A DNA stretch of 57,806 bases from a virus. Its lineage: Duplodnaviria; Caudoviricetes. Shown piece by piece: positions 36,802-45,807 of this stretch. The stretch covers positions 1 through 57,806 of IMG/VR virus record IMGVR_UViG_3300029826_000002, one strand, 5' to 3'. Numbering within the stretch: position 1 is the stretch's first letter; the number at the start of each line of letters is the position of its first letter. Below the pieces are notes generated by a model, which did no database searches, was not told the origin of the DNA, and saw only the letters and a program-made list of their open reading frames with translations. The translations under genes and the position numbers were made by a program.

Positions 36802-39104
36802 TAGTAGCTCAACCTCCTGTATTTAAGGAGTATTCCATTGTTGTAAATCGGATACCCGGCCATCGTGATACCATTCACTTCAACCATGACCGACCTACCG
36901 TTAAAATTGATGTACTGAAAAAGTGGGGCCGCAAGCTCTGGATCGACAAGAAATAAAGCATCCTCAACGTCCATAATCGCTTCATCCACAGTCAGGTTAT
37001 CCCGTACCGCTAAAGCAATTGTCGTGCTTGCCGTGGTCGTTCCATAGATACCGTTGGTGTAAAAATCCATGTTGATCGAGCCACCGCCCTTAATGCTGGT
37101 CGCAATCTGCACCTCATTGAAATTGGCGTGGGTGAACGGCAGTTCCATGTATGCTGTTCTCAGAATGGGTAAAAGCTGGATTGTACTCATATCTTTATAA
37201 TCGGTTGCATCCACCCTGTACAAGAATCCGTCAGACGCACCAATCAGAAAATAATTGCCTGATTTACCAAAGCACTGAGGCTTTAATATCGTCCTAATAC
37301 ATACGCTCGTTGTGTCTGGATCGCCGCTCTCGTCCCTTACATATACCGTATTAAATCCAAGGGTGTCATTGTCCCCGTAATCCCATTGGTGGTCTGTAAG
37401 GCTTCCTGCGGTCCCCTCAGATGACACTACACCGTTGATAGTAATGTAATCCGGTTGGGCATCAAACCCCGGATCATTCCCGTCAGTATCCGTATAATAA
37501 TATTCATTCGTACCGCTGCCCGAAGCAGTCCATTTGCCGTTGTCGGAATTGCTTAAATTGTGCTGATAAAGCTCGTACTCTGCCCGTGGGTATCGAACTC
37601 CGCTACCGCTTGGGTCTTGTGTGGGATGTTTGGTGTGGATCACAACAACCCTGTGATAATCCATGACAAGCCACACCTGCCCGTCAACAGGGTAGTACCC
37701 TGCTACGGCTGTGCTGCTACCCCAATAATCATCGAACCGGTCAGAAACGGGGTCTGTCTCTGCCTGCGCCCGTAAATCGCCATACTCCTGAACACCGGAT
37801 ATCGGCACAGCACCTTCGTTTGTGAAATACCAGATATCGTTTACCGCATCGGTCAGGGTGAGGTGCGTACACCACGGGCGCTGGAACGTAAGCGATTGAA
37901 CATACTCGGACGGAGAACCGCCAGAAATTGTTGATAAATATGGTTGGCTTTGAGTGCCAAACACGTATAGGTTTCCGTAGAACGCTTTTAACCCGCCGAC
38001 CTCAAAGTTGTCATTGTCGCTATCAATCATACCGATGTAGCCGCCACCGTCTGTTGTTGACCAATCGAGGTGGGTGAGATTTCCGTACCATACATAGCCT
38101 GGGTTATCTGGATCACCAGCCACAAACGGGCGCTTGTTCCAGATTTCTCCGAACTTGCCCTTGGGCGGTCTGCCGGGGCCGACCTTTAAAACAACGTCTT
38201 TCGTATCGTCTGCTTTCCATGCGCCATCATTGTAATACGAGTCACCACCGGAACCAATATTGTAACAAACCAGCTTGACGTAGTTGGCACCATCACCACC
38301 AGCGTATTCAATCGAAGCGTAGTAGGCGGTGCTTGGTGACATTTCAGTTGTAACGTCTGCCGCTAAAAATGTGGCTGTGAACAGCGCCGGGGTTCCCTCT
38401 GTTATATCGGAACAGGAGCAAAGCGTTTTAGTTGCCATTGCCGCCCCGGTCGTGGAGTTTCTTAAAACTGCACTCACGCTACCGGACGGTGAACCTGCCT
38501 TATCCAGATACACACCAATCGTTGTTATCGGTATCGTGTATCCGCTGTCCCATGCCGGTGTAGTGAACTTTTTTGCCGCCTTGGTATTGGTCCCGTTACC
38601 GACCGCAAGAAAAGCGTCCTGAGTCAAAGCCGTATCGTCAACCATGTACCCGGACGTACCAGTACCGCCGTCATAGCAAATCTTAATGCTCGTCACACCG
38701 TCGAGGTATTTGATGTAAGACCCGTCAAACAACAGCGCCACACCGTTGTATGACATAATGGTGGTAGCCCCCTCAAGCGTTCCGATTGTCGTGGCTTCAA
38801 GGTCTTCGTTCAGGTAATACAGTATATCGTTGGCATCAACCAACAGCGTATAGGTTGTACCGCCGATATTTACTTCCTCACAAGTTTTTACCGCCGCATT
38901 ATTGGTTGTAGCAGTTGCCGAGTATTTTATAATCGGTGGCCTACTTACCAAACCACCACCCTTTCTAATTTTCCAGTTTATGAGCTTGGACGCTTCAGTC
39001 GGGGCGATTCTGTCAGCCGCAACATTAGTGTTAAGCCCGTGCCGAAAATCGGTCAGCGGTAATGTTTCGTATTCAACCTGTGTTTGAAGGTTCTGTTTAA
39101 ACAT
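36801..39104 (-). CDS. Tail nozzle (P22 gp10 / tubular B-like)
   Basis: 767 aa, beta-rich; DFRHGLN N-terminus; follows the adaptor. Confidence 0.7.
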   Translation of the reverse strand: MFKQNLQTQVEYETLPLTDFRHGLNTNVAADRIAPTEASKLINWKIRKGGGLVSRPPIIKYSATATTNNAAVKTCEEVNIGGTTYTLLVDANDILYYLNEDLEATTIGTLEGATTIMSYNGVALLFDGSYIKYLDGVTSIKICYDGGTGTSGYMVDDTALTQDAFLAVGNGTNTKAAKKFTTPAWDSGYTIPITTIGVYLDKAGSPSGSVSAVLRNSTTGAAMATKTLCSCSDITEGTPALFTATFLAADVTTEMSPSTAYYASIEYAGGDGANYVKLVCYNIGSGGDSYYNDGAWKADDTKDVVLKVGPGRPPKGKFGEIWNKRPFVAGDPDNPGYVWYGNLTHLDWSTTDGGGYIGMIDSDNDNFEVGGLKAFYGNLYVFGTQSQPYLSTISGGSPSEYVQSLTFQRPWCTHLTLTDAVNDIWYFTNEGAVPISGVQEYGDLRAQAETDPVSDRFDDYWGSSTAVAGYYPVDGQVWLVMDYHRVVVIHTKHPTQDPSGSGVRYPRAEYELYQHNLSNSDNGKWTASGSGTNEYYYTDTDGNDPGFDAQPDYITINGVVSSEGTAGSLTDHQWDYGDNDTLGFNTVYVRDESGDPDTTSVCIRTILKPQCFGKSGNYFLIGASDGFLYRVDATDYKDMSTIQLLPILRTAYMELPFTHANFNEVQIATSIKGGGSINMDFYTNGIYGTTTASTTIALAVRDNLTVDEAIMDVEDALFLVDPELAAPLFQYINFNGRSVMVEVNGITMAGYPIYNNGILLKYRRLSY

Positions 39105-39715
39105 TAAAAATCCAGCTTATGCCTTACTGGTACGTGGTTCCTTCCGACAACACGACCCATCAACCGCTCCATAAAGAAGTTGTATATTGCCGTGTCGGGG
39201 AAAACATTGACCTCGTTCTTCTTGTGCGCCAGGGTTATAATCATTTCCTTAATCATGCCGTTGAACTCGTCGTTGTACGGCATATTAGCACCGGTCGCTA
39301 ATGCCGTGGCACGCTTGTCATAGTATGTTACCACCGTGTAATCATCGTCAGCCTCACGGTCGAAAATCATCTGTGTACCGACTTCCGTAAAGTTGTACGG
39401 TATGCCGGTTCCAGATATGAACATTCTCTTACGGTAAAGCTGTTCGGCGTTCGTCTTGACAAGCTCGGTCGTGCTGATCCATGCCGACCGGATCAGGAAG
39501 CACCCGTCAGGGATTGAAGCGTAATCGTTTCCGGAACTTAAAGACACATCAGCCTCGTTGTACACCCAATCAGACTGCATAGCTGACAACACGTTATCAA
39601 GCTGAATCAGCGCACGGTTGGCGTAGTTGAATAGCTCCGCATCAGAGTACATACTTGACTGCGTATCTCTCAGGTCGTAGCGTACTTCTGTTAATACAGC
39701 GTCAGTCGTAGCCAT
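39104..39715 (-). CDS. Head-tail adaptor (tubular A-like)
   Basis: VRYDLRD..YSDAELFNYANRA; ~200 aa; position. Confidence 0.7.
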   Translation of the reverse strand: MATTDAVLTEVRYDLRDTQSSMYSDAELFNYANRALIQLDNVLSAMQSDWVYNEADVSLSSGNDYASIPDGCFLIRSAWISTTELVKTNAEQLYRKRMFISGTGIPYNFTEVGTQMIFDREADDDYTVVTYYDKRATALATGANMPYNDEFNGMIKEMIITLAHKKNEVNVFPDTAIYNFFMERLMGRVVGRNHVPVRHKLDF

Positions 39716-39717
39716 GA

Positions 39718-40359
39718 TTATTTCCTGAAAATTAAGGCAGATACCTTGATTACACCAGCCGTGATTGCGTCATTGGCTTTTACGTCCAGCGTATCGGCAG
39801 ACGAGACAACCAGCGGGGTTGCGGACTGCGGAGCCTTGTTGACCGTTATTTCAATATCGTGTTCCGGCAAATCCAGCCCACCGCCCGTGTTGTTCACGTA
39901 ATGAACGGCAACCCAATCCTTGTGGATAACCTCACCGGTCAGGGTCATATCGGCAATGTCAATGCTCGGAGATACGGAAACAACATCACCATATCTTGCG
40001 CCGGATATCTCAAGCTCGTCAGTATGCTCTGAGCCGTCATAGACAAGATACGGGTTCCATGTCTTTGTGGCGTTCAGGACAGCCCTGCTATGACCCTCAG
40101 AGTCCACCAGAAGCTCGTTACCGAAGTAATCAACGTCATCACCATACCCAAGGTCAACGGACGCATCCGCTGTACAGGAGGTTTCTACGTCGATCCAGGC
40201 GGCGAACACAACGTCACCGACAATAAACGGTATCACCTGAAACACATCGCCAGCCGCAGCGTTCGTTGTGCCGAAATAAATCTTTTTCTCAAACAGGCGT
40301 AGACCCGTCGGGTACTCCCGCATCTTCGTCAGATTTACTTGGTTGTAAATCATTTCCAT
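39718..40359 (-). CDS. Capsid cement/decoration-like protein
   Basis: AAAGDVFQV..VDLGYG..D beta-sandwich pattern. Confidence 0.5.
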   Translation of the reverse strand: MEMIYNQVNLTKMREYPTGLRLFEKKIYFGTTNAAAGDVFQVIPFIVGDVVFAAWIDVETSCTADASVDLGYGDDVDYFGNELLVDSEGHSRAVLNATKTWNPYLVYDGSEHTDELEISGARYGDVVSVSPSIDIADMTLTGEVIHKDWVAVHYVNNTGGGLDLPEHDIEITVNKAPQSATPLVVSSADTLDVKANDAITAGVIKVSALIFRK

Positions 40360-40744
40360 TTTCCTTCCACATTTTTAAAGCATTTTTCGTATGCTTGTCT
40401 TCTTTCCAGTTTTCTACAGCCTGCCGCACGGTCGCCATTGAGGACTCACAAAGTTGCTCCTTCGCCACCTTGACAGACTTATCCTTATGGTTGCAGATAT
40501 ACGCACTACACATCATCGGTCTGTTGTCGTATATGGCGCATCCGTTTTCCGTTAGGTGCCGACATGGTTTATAGAACCGAACGTGCAAAACACCACTGGC
40601 CGGATTGATATAGAATTGCTCACCACGCTCTATCCAGAAGTCCACCACTTCAAGGGACAACATGGTGGTGGGAATTTCGATATACTCACAACACTCCCGG
40701 CACTCGATACAGTTTTTCTGCTGTTCTGTTTTATCCAATTTCAA
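40289..40744 (-). CDS. YkgJ-family CxxCxxCC Fe-S/Zn protein
   Basis: CIECRECC..PCRHL...GCAIYDNRPMMCSAYIC; likely TTG start at 40744 or 40738. Confidence 0.85.
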   Translation of the reverse strand: MKLDKTEQQKNCIECRECCEYIEIPTTMLSLEVVDFWIERGEQFYINPASGVLHVRFYKPCRHLTENGCAIYDNRPMMCSAYICNHKDKSVKVAKEQLCESSMATVRQAVENWKEDKHTKNALKMWKENGNDLQPSKSDEDAGVPDGSTPV

Positions 40745-41717
40745 TGCCCTCCCCTTTGTAAAGCGGATTAATATCTTCGTAACCAATGCAAGCGCCAACT
40801 TTTTCAATGGTTAGCCTTTTTGTTAAGGCTAATCCCCGAATATTGTCATGCACCGCTTCAACCACTTCCGGGTCAATATCGTGTTTCACCTTTGCCCTTG
40901 CTCGCATAATGTCCGCTTTGATTACTGATAAATCACCGTCATGGTAATACACACAGTGGGGGTACAGGTCTGTATCTCCAAGGTATTCAGCAACGGTCTT
41001 GTCCTGGTGTTTCCATGCCCATTCAATCCAATGGGTATGTACTTGCGCTAAACATTCAGGCGTCTGGCCTTTATTGTTCGGCGTGTAGGTATCAACAAGC
41101 GTTTCAATTTGCTCGTCTATTTCGTGCTGTTTCTTGGTCATTGTCCAGCCGGGGGAGGGGCCGAGTATCATTTCATACTCTGTGCAGGCACGTTTCAGGA
41201 TAACGCCAACATCGGGGCTGATATGCTCGTCAACGGCTTTACGCACAACCTCATAGCACTCCCGCCCCTCATCAAGGCTGTTATTGTAGAAATAACCGCC
41301 ATACAACCTTGGGGTGTAGTACCTGAGTTCAATTCCGCACTTTGATGGCCTGCCAAGCGATTTCTCAACATCAAGTAAAAGAAAAAGCTCTTTCAGCGTC
41401 CGTGGGCTTACAACAACCTTCCAGCACTCCAAACAACGTGGGGGAACATAACCAAATGCGGTAAATTTACAATTATGATCCAGACCACACTTCTTGCTTC
41501 GCAAATGCTCAACATGGTGCCACGGGGTATCGACACCAACCGCATGGGCAATTTTTTTATAATTCCCTTCGTAAGACAGGTAATACCCACCCTGTTTCAG
41601 CAAGGGGTGGAGAGTGGTGATTAAATCTTCATCAACACACTGGCTGTAATATGAACCCTTAATCACATTACGTGCGTTATAGATTTTATCTTCCACCGTT
41701 AGCATTGAATTACTCAT
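40731..41717 (-). CDS. Uncharacterised Cys-rich enzyme-like protein
   Basis: VPPRCLECWKVV, SKCGIELR, YGGYFY, KRACTEYE; RBS GAGGGAGG. Confidence 0.75.
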   Translation of the reverse strand: MSNSMLTVEDKIYNARNVIKGSYYSQCVDEDLITTLHPLLKQGGYYLSYEGNYKKIAHAVGVDTPWHHVEHLRSKKCGLDHNCKFTAFGYVPPRCLECWKVVVSPRTLKELFLLLDVEKSLGRPSKCGIELRYYTPRLYGGYFYNNSLDEGRECYEVVRKAVDEHISPDVGVILKRACTEYEMILGPSPGWTMTKKQHEIDEQIETLVDTYTPNNKGQTPECLAQVHTHWIEWAWKHQDKTVAEYLGDTDLYPHCVYYHDGDLSVIKADIMRARAKVKHDIDPEVVEAVHDNIRGLALTKRLTIEKVGACIGYEDINPLYKGEGIEIG

Positions 41718-41735
41718 TTAAACCTCCCTCGGTTT

Positions 41736-41951
41736 TTAGCCTTCGTAGCCATAAAGAATTTCACCAGAGTTGGTTTTGAAAAAAGTACCGCCTTCTTCCA
41801 CACAGCAACAACTACAAGAACGATACTGCGAAGATAATGGCGTACCTATTTTCTCTACCGAACTTGCATCAAAAACCCTTGTTCTCCCAAACCAACCGCC
41901 TGGGACAACTAGTGTTTTTAATCCCCATTCTTTAGTAAGCTTTTCGTTCAT
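41736..41951 (-). CDS. Small hypothetical protein (MNEKLTKE..)
   Basis: RBS GAGGAG; CSCCC. Confidence 0.45.
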   Translation of the reverse strand: MNEKLTKEWGLKTLVVPGGWFGRTRVFDASSVEKIGTPLSSQYRSCSCCCVEEGGTFFKTNSGEILYGYEG

Positions 41952-42089
41952 TTTTCTCTCCTCGGTTTTTGGTTTCCCTCGGTGATAAATGCGTTGGAAG
42001 AAAGACCGAGGAAACTTTCTTGTCGGGCAAAGCCCTATCCAACGCATATTTTTACCGATCAATCCTATATGGAAAGACGAGTAGGTTAA

Positions 42090-42755
42090 CTATTCAGGAA
42101 CCTTCCAGCCGGTAGCCGCAACCTCAAGAACGCCAGAAAATTCGCCGTCAAGAGAACTGGCAGCAACACCAGAAGCACCCTTGCCACCGGTGACCTGCAA
42201 GGTAATGTACCCGCCGTAGGGGAAGTACATACCAATCTGCTGATCACCCGCACCATCGGCCCAACCCTGGTTACCACCCGCAACACCGGCAGACACCTTA
42301 CGGATAGCCGCTTTGGGGGAGGTTTCGGGATCGCCCGGAAGAGCAAGCACAGACGAGGTGTGCATTTTGCTTTTACTCAGGGTAGCCAACGCAAACCCGT
42401 CCGCATCGGTCGAGGTGGAGGATTTAGAAGCCGATTTATAGGCGATAAACCCAACGCCAACCGTACCGGAACTGATTGATTTGCTGTTACAGTTGTGGGT
42501 ACAACCGGCAGTACCTTTCGGGGCAACCAGAAACACACCGTCGATAACAGAGCGTTCGGGAACCTTCAGCAGCTTCAGAACATTCATGACCTTGTTGGTC
42601 AGAGTCGGAGCTGTGACGTTGCCAAAGTTGATCCGGTTTCGGGCAACAAACCCACCTTCACGGGGAGTGACCTCGTTCGCAGCAGCCGCATTCACGGTAA
42701 TTGATGTGAGGTCGTAGGTGGTTGCTCCACTTGCTGTAAAACTTACTTGAGACAT
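42090..42755 (-). CDS. Capsid decoration/cement protein
   Basis: A/G/S/T-rich; directly after the MCP; RBS AAGGAG. Confidence 0.6.
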   Translation of the reverse strand: MSQVSFTASGATTYDLTSITVNAAAANEVTPREGGFVARNRINFGNVTAPTLTNKVMNVLKLLKVPERSVIDGVFLVAPKGTAGCTHNCNSKSISSGTVGVGFIAYKSASKSSTSTDADGFALATLSKSKMHTSSVLALPGDPETSPKAAIRKVSAGVAGGNQGWADGAGDQQIGMYFPYGGYITLQVTGGKGASGVAASSLDGEFSGVLEVAATGWKVPE

Positions 42756-42834
42756 TTCATACTCTCCTTGGGGTTACGATCCCCGTTGTAGGCCCCTCGG
42801 TTTGGGTGCTACGATCAACCCGACCTGTTACCGG

Positions 42835-43920
42835 CTAGTGAGCGGCGCTGTAAGCAGTCATCACCATGCAGCCGTAGTTTTTGGAATTGTACTGCGTGGC
42901 CTTGACACCAAACACCATGCCAGCCGCAATACCCTTTTTGTCGTTGTAGTCACGAATGTTCTCAGCCCATGACATCGGCAGATCACCCAGCCCACCACGA
43001 TCCATCTTGGCGTATGCGTTTCCGATAGCGAACGCACCAGCCTGGCAACCCAGGAACAGATTACGCCTTACCGTGCCAGCCGTAGCAGCGTTGGCAGAAG
43101 ACAGAATCCGGTTGGAGTCGAACAGGATGATGTTGTTATAAACACCGTTGGCACCGGAAAAAATCGGGTTCTTCAGGCCACGCACGTTGGCGTACTGCTG
43201 AATATCCGACCATTTGATTGTGGCAGAACTGTTGGTGCTTACCTTGAGATCGGTCATGGAATAATCGTGCAGGACAGCCACGTAATACTCGGCACCGTCA
43301 ATCTTCGCCGGTCGAATCATCGGGGAAATGGTACGGGCTTTTTCCTTGGCATAGTCCAAATCCATGAGATCGAACTGATCATTGTCACTCAGGTTGCCTT
43401 CGTCAGTGGCAATCGTACCGGTATGGGACACGTCACCACACACAATGTAATGATCAGTGTCCGGATCGGCACCGGTATTGCTGGCGTGACTGAACGTTGT
43501 ATCCCCACACAGGGAACGGAACATATAGGTGTCCAGCGTGTCAGCCCACCAATCGGTCAGGTTTTCTTTGGCGTCTTTCCGCATATTGTGGATGGTTCTC
43601 TGCTGACTCATGCGGTCGAATGTGTGCGCCTGCCGAAGCTGGTCGATGTTTATAGAATCCTGGTAGTAGACCATCGGAGCTTCGTTGTCTTCCATCCAGT
43701 TGTTTCCGGTAACACCGGAACCGGCTGTTTTTACCAGCAGGTCGTACTTGATCTGATCACCGGCGCTCCTCTCCAAATCCATGTGGCGTGTGATAATGCT
43801 TTTCTTGTCCGTACCGAGAAACTTATTGATGAACGTACCCCGGATAGACTCACGGAACGTCATCTTGGAAAAAAGTTTTACGGCTTGGGCATCACTTGAT
43901 GCGAACTCTGTTAAAGCCAT
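42835..43920 (-). CDS. Major capsid protein (N4-gp56 / DUF4043-like)
   Basis: AGDQIKYDL, IDQLRQA, KNPIFSGA.GVYNNIIL, LFLGCQA. Confidence 0.85.
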   Translation of the reverse strand: MALTEFASSDAQAVKLFSKMTFRESIRGTFINKFLGTDKKSIITRHMDLERSAGDQIKYDLLVKTAGSGVTGNNWMEDNEAPMVYYQDSINIDQLRQAHTFDRMSQQRTIHNMRKDAKENLTDWWADTLDTYMFRSLCGDTTFSHASNTGADPDTDHYIVCGDVSHTGTIATDEGNLSDNDQFDLMDLDYAKEKARTISPMIRPAKIDGAEYYVAVLHDYSMTDLKVSTNSSATIKWSDIQQYANVRGLKNPIFSGANGVYNNIILFDSNRILSSANAATAGTVRRNLFLGCQAGAFAIGNAYAKMDRGGLGDLPMSWAENIRDYNDKKGIAAGMVFGVKATQYNSKNYGCMVMTAYSAAH

Positions 43921-43929
43921 TTCTTACTC

Positions 43930-44961
43930 CTATTCACTCAAGGAAAAGGCGGCTCTTTCTATTCGGTTGAAGTCCTTGTCGGGCATATTCAGGAAGTCCT
44001 CTACTGACATGGAATCTGCAATATCGTTGAGGGTTCTCCCGGTTGACCCCTTCTGGTTCTGCTGGCCTGAAAGATTGCTCGCTTTACCCTTGAAAAATTT
44101 AAGGTTTTTACCGTTTTGATCTTCTTTGCCTGTTTGTTTCTGCGAGCGTAGAACAGTATCGAGAGCTTTCTTGACCTTGCGTGGTCGGTACATTCCGTTC
44201 GTGCCGACTGTGCAGGCTTCAACAACCAGATCAACGTCGAGGTCGGGGAACGCCGTAGCGAACTCCTCCCCATAGTCTCTTTCAAGCAAGGACATAACCT
44301 CGTCAATACTGGTCGTCTGGACGGACAAACCGTAACGATCCATAATCTCACCGGACTTGTCGTCAAGAAACTTGTAAGCCTTATGGACGTACTGAAAAGC
44401 AGCGGGGTAGTTTTCGTTCTCCCCAATAACGTTGGATATGATGCTTTGGTTCTTACTTACCGTTTCGTTCTGAAAGCTTTGGTTTTTCATCCCGGCGATT
44501 TCTTTTTCCAATCTGGCAATTTCGTCCTTCGCCAAATCCTTGAAATACTTTGCCGGTACGTAGGCGTCACCGTTCTCGTCAAACTCAACTGGATATCCGT
44601 CCTTCGTGGTCACACCTTCAACCGATTGCTTGGCGGCATCGCTTACCATCTGCTCACGTTGCGCCCGTGCTTCCTGCATCATTCCCTTTAACTGGTCAAG
44701 CTGACTCTTGAGTTCCTTCCGTGTCTGCCGCTCGTTCTTCTGAGCGTGGTACAGCCCCTTGTTCTCTTTTTTGAGAAACTCAAGCTCCTTAACCAGGTCA
44801 TCGACGGTCGGTTTAGCCGGTTTTTCCTTCTCCGGCTCATTGTCGGTCTCTTTGGCTTCTTCAGCTTCATCGGCCAATTCAAGCTCTTTGGCCTGCGCCT
44901 CTAAGTCCTCTTCTGACTCGTCAATTATTTCGTCCATAAGGTCTTTGATTTCTTCGCTCAT
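43930..44961 (-). CDS. Capsid scaffolding protein
   Basis: Acidic N-terminus and coiled coil; lies between portal and MCP. Confidence 0.75.
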   Translation of the reverse strand: MSEEIKDLMDEIIDESEEDLEAQAKELELADEAEEAKETDNEPEKEKPAKPTVDDLVKELEFLKKENKGLYHAQKNERQTRKELKSQLDQLKGMMQEARAQREQMVSDAAKQSVEGVTTKDGYPVEFDENGDAYVPAKYFKDLAKDEIARLEKEIAGMKNQSFQNETVSKNQSIISNVIGENENYPAAFQYVHKAYKFLDDKSGEIMDRYGLSVQTTSIDEVMSLLERDYGEEFATAFPDLDVDLVVEACTVGTNGMYRPRKVKKALDTVLRSQKQTGKEDQNGKNLKFFKGKASNLSGQQNQKGSTGRTLNDIADSMSVEDFLNMPDKDFNRIERAAFSLSE

Positions 44962-44975
44962 TTCCTGTTCTCCTC

Positions 44976-45091
44976 GTTTAGCGCCAGTTATCGTTGGCGT
45001 GTACGTTTGCGGCTTTAAGCCGAGTGTTTGCGGTCTGTGACCGAGTTTGCGTCCGTTCTGCTGGACGTTGCCTTTTCTGCGCCCGTAGGCG
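44976..45091 (-). repeat. Array of five short hairpins in the scaffold 5' leader
   Basis: CGCC/GGCG, CGTCC/GGACG, CGGTC/GACCG, CGGCT/AGCCG and CGCCA/TGGCG, each followed by CAAAC or a variant. Confidence 0.7.
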
Positions 45092-45148
45092 AAAATAAAA
45101 AAAGCCCCAAGGTCGTAATGACCAAGGGGCTTAGTTTTTCTAATACCC
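45092..45148 (-). terminator. Intrinsic terminator with overlapping 5' hairpin (switch copy A)
   Basis: GGGTATTAG-AAAAA-CTAAGCCCCTTGGTC-ATTAC-GACCTTGGGGCTTTTTTTATT. Confidence 0.8.
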
Positions 45149-45152
45149 TAAG

Positions 45153-45338
45153 TTATCTGTTTTGTTTCTTTACTTCTATCCGACGTTGTTTCGCAATGCG
45201 TCGGGCTTTATTTTTCTCCCATCTTTTTTCAGCGTTGTAACGTGCTTTTCCCGGTCTTCTCGCCTGCCGCCCGTGTTTACGGTTCTTCTTTCCCTTTTTA
45301 CGGGAAGATTTGGGGAGCTCAAGTACAGGGATACCCAT
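45153..45338 (-). CDS. 61-aa Arg/Lys-rich peptide (ARM-like)
   Basis: Full SD AAAGGAGGTGAT at 45354-45343; SRKKGKKNRKHGRQARR..KNKARRIAKQRR. Confidence 0.7.
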   Translation of the reverse strand: MGIPVLELPKSSRKKGKKNRKHGRQARRPGKARYNAEKRWEKNKARRIAKQRRIEVKKQNR

Positions 45339-45472
45339 GACTATCACCTCCTTTCACTTAGCTTGGCTTAGTCATGGCTACCTCCTTCCATATGCACGTT
45401 ACATTATTCATTCGCTACCGATCCTCTCCATTCAGCACTGCCAACACTACAAATATGCCTTCCGGTGTAGTT

Positions 45473-45625
45473 TCATTGGTTACCCTCCTGTGGGGGCTTC
45501 CTGCTCACGGTCTGGTTCATGTGAACCGGAATACCGTTATTAAACTTGACCACGACTTCCCCGAAAAACTTAACTCGGTAAAGTTCTTTGATCTCGTTCA
45601 ATAACCATACCACAGATTTAGGCAT
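45473..45625 (-). CDS. 50-aa DUF2292/YezD-like protein (not in the ORF track)
   Basis: MPKSVVWLLNEIKELYRVKFFGEVVVKFNNGIPVHMNQTVSRKPPQEGNQ; TAATG coupling to the upstream gene. Confidence 0.6.
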   Translation of the reverse strand: MPKSVVWLLNEIKELYRVKFFGEVVVKFNNGIPVHMNQTVSRKPPQEGNQ

Positions 45626-45807
45626 TATTTAAACACCTTTCGTTTGCAATTCCCGAATACCGAATTTTTCCCGTCCTCGTATTCGTCGAAATCCTTGCTC
45701 CATTTGATTTTGTCGTAGTTCTCTTTATATTCCTCTGAGGGTTTGCGCTGATCCTTTCCGTAGGTTAGGCTCCAACCATAACCCTTTCGTTGTAGTCTGC
45801 GTGGCAT
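45625..45807 (-). CDS. Small hypothetical protein
   Basis: SEEYKENYDKIKW; coupled. Confidence 0.6.
   Translation of the reverse strand: MPRRLQRKGYGWSLTYGKDQRKPSEEYKENYDKIKWSKDFDEYEDGKNSVFGNCKRKVFK

Noticed and set aside
22890-44430. Many plus-strand ORFs (e.g. 27564-28355, 29685-30392, 43267-43899) and alternate-frame 35195-35707
   Set aside because: Antisense or frame shadows of well-supported minus-strand genes, with no motifs.
44976-45091. Mini CRISPR array
   Set aside because: Units are ~20 nt with variable stems and only a 5-nt constant part; there is no repeat-spacer geometry and no cas gene.
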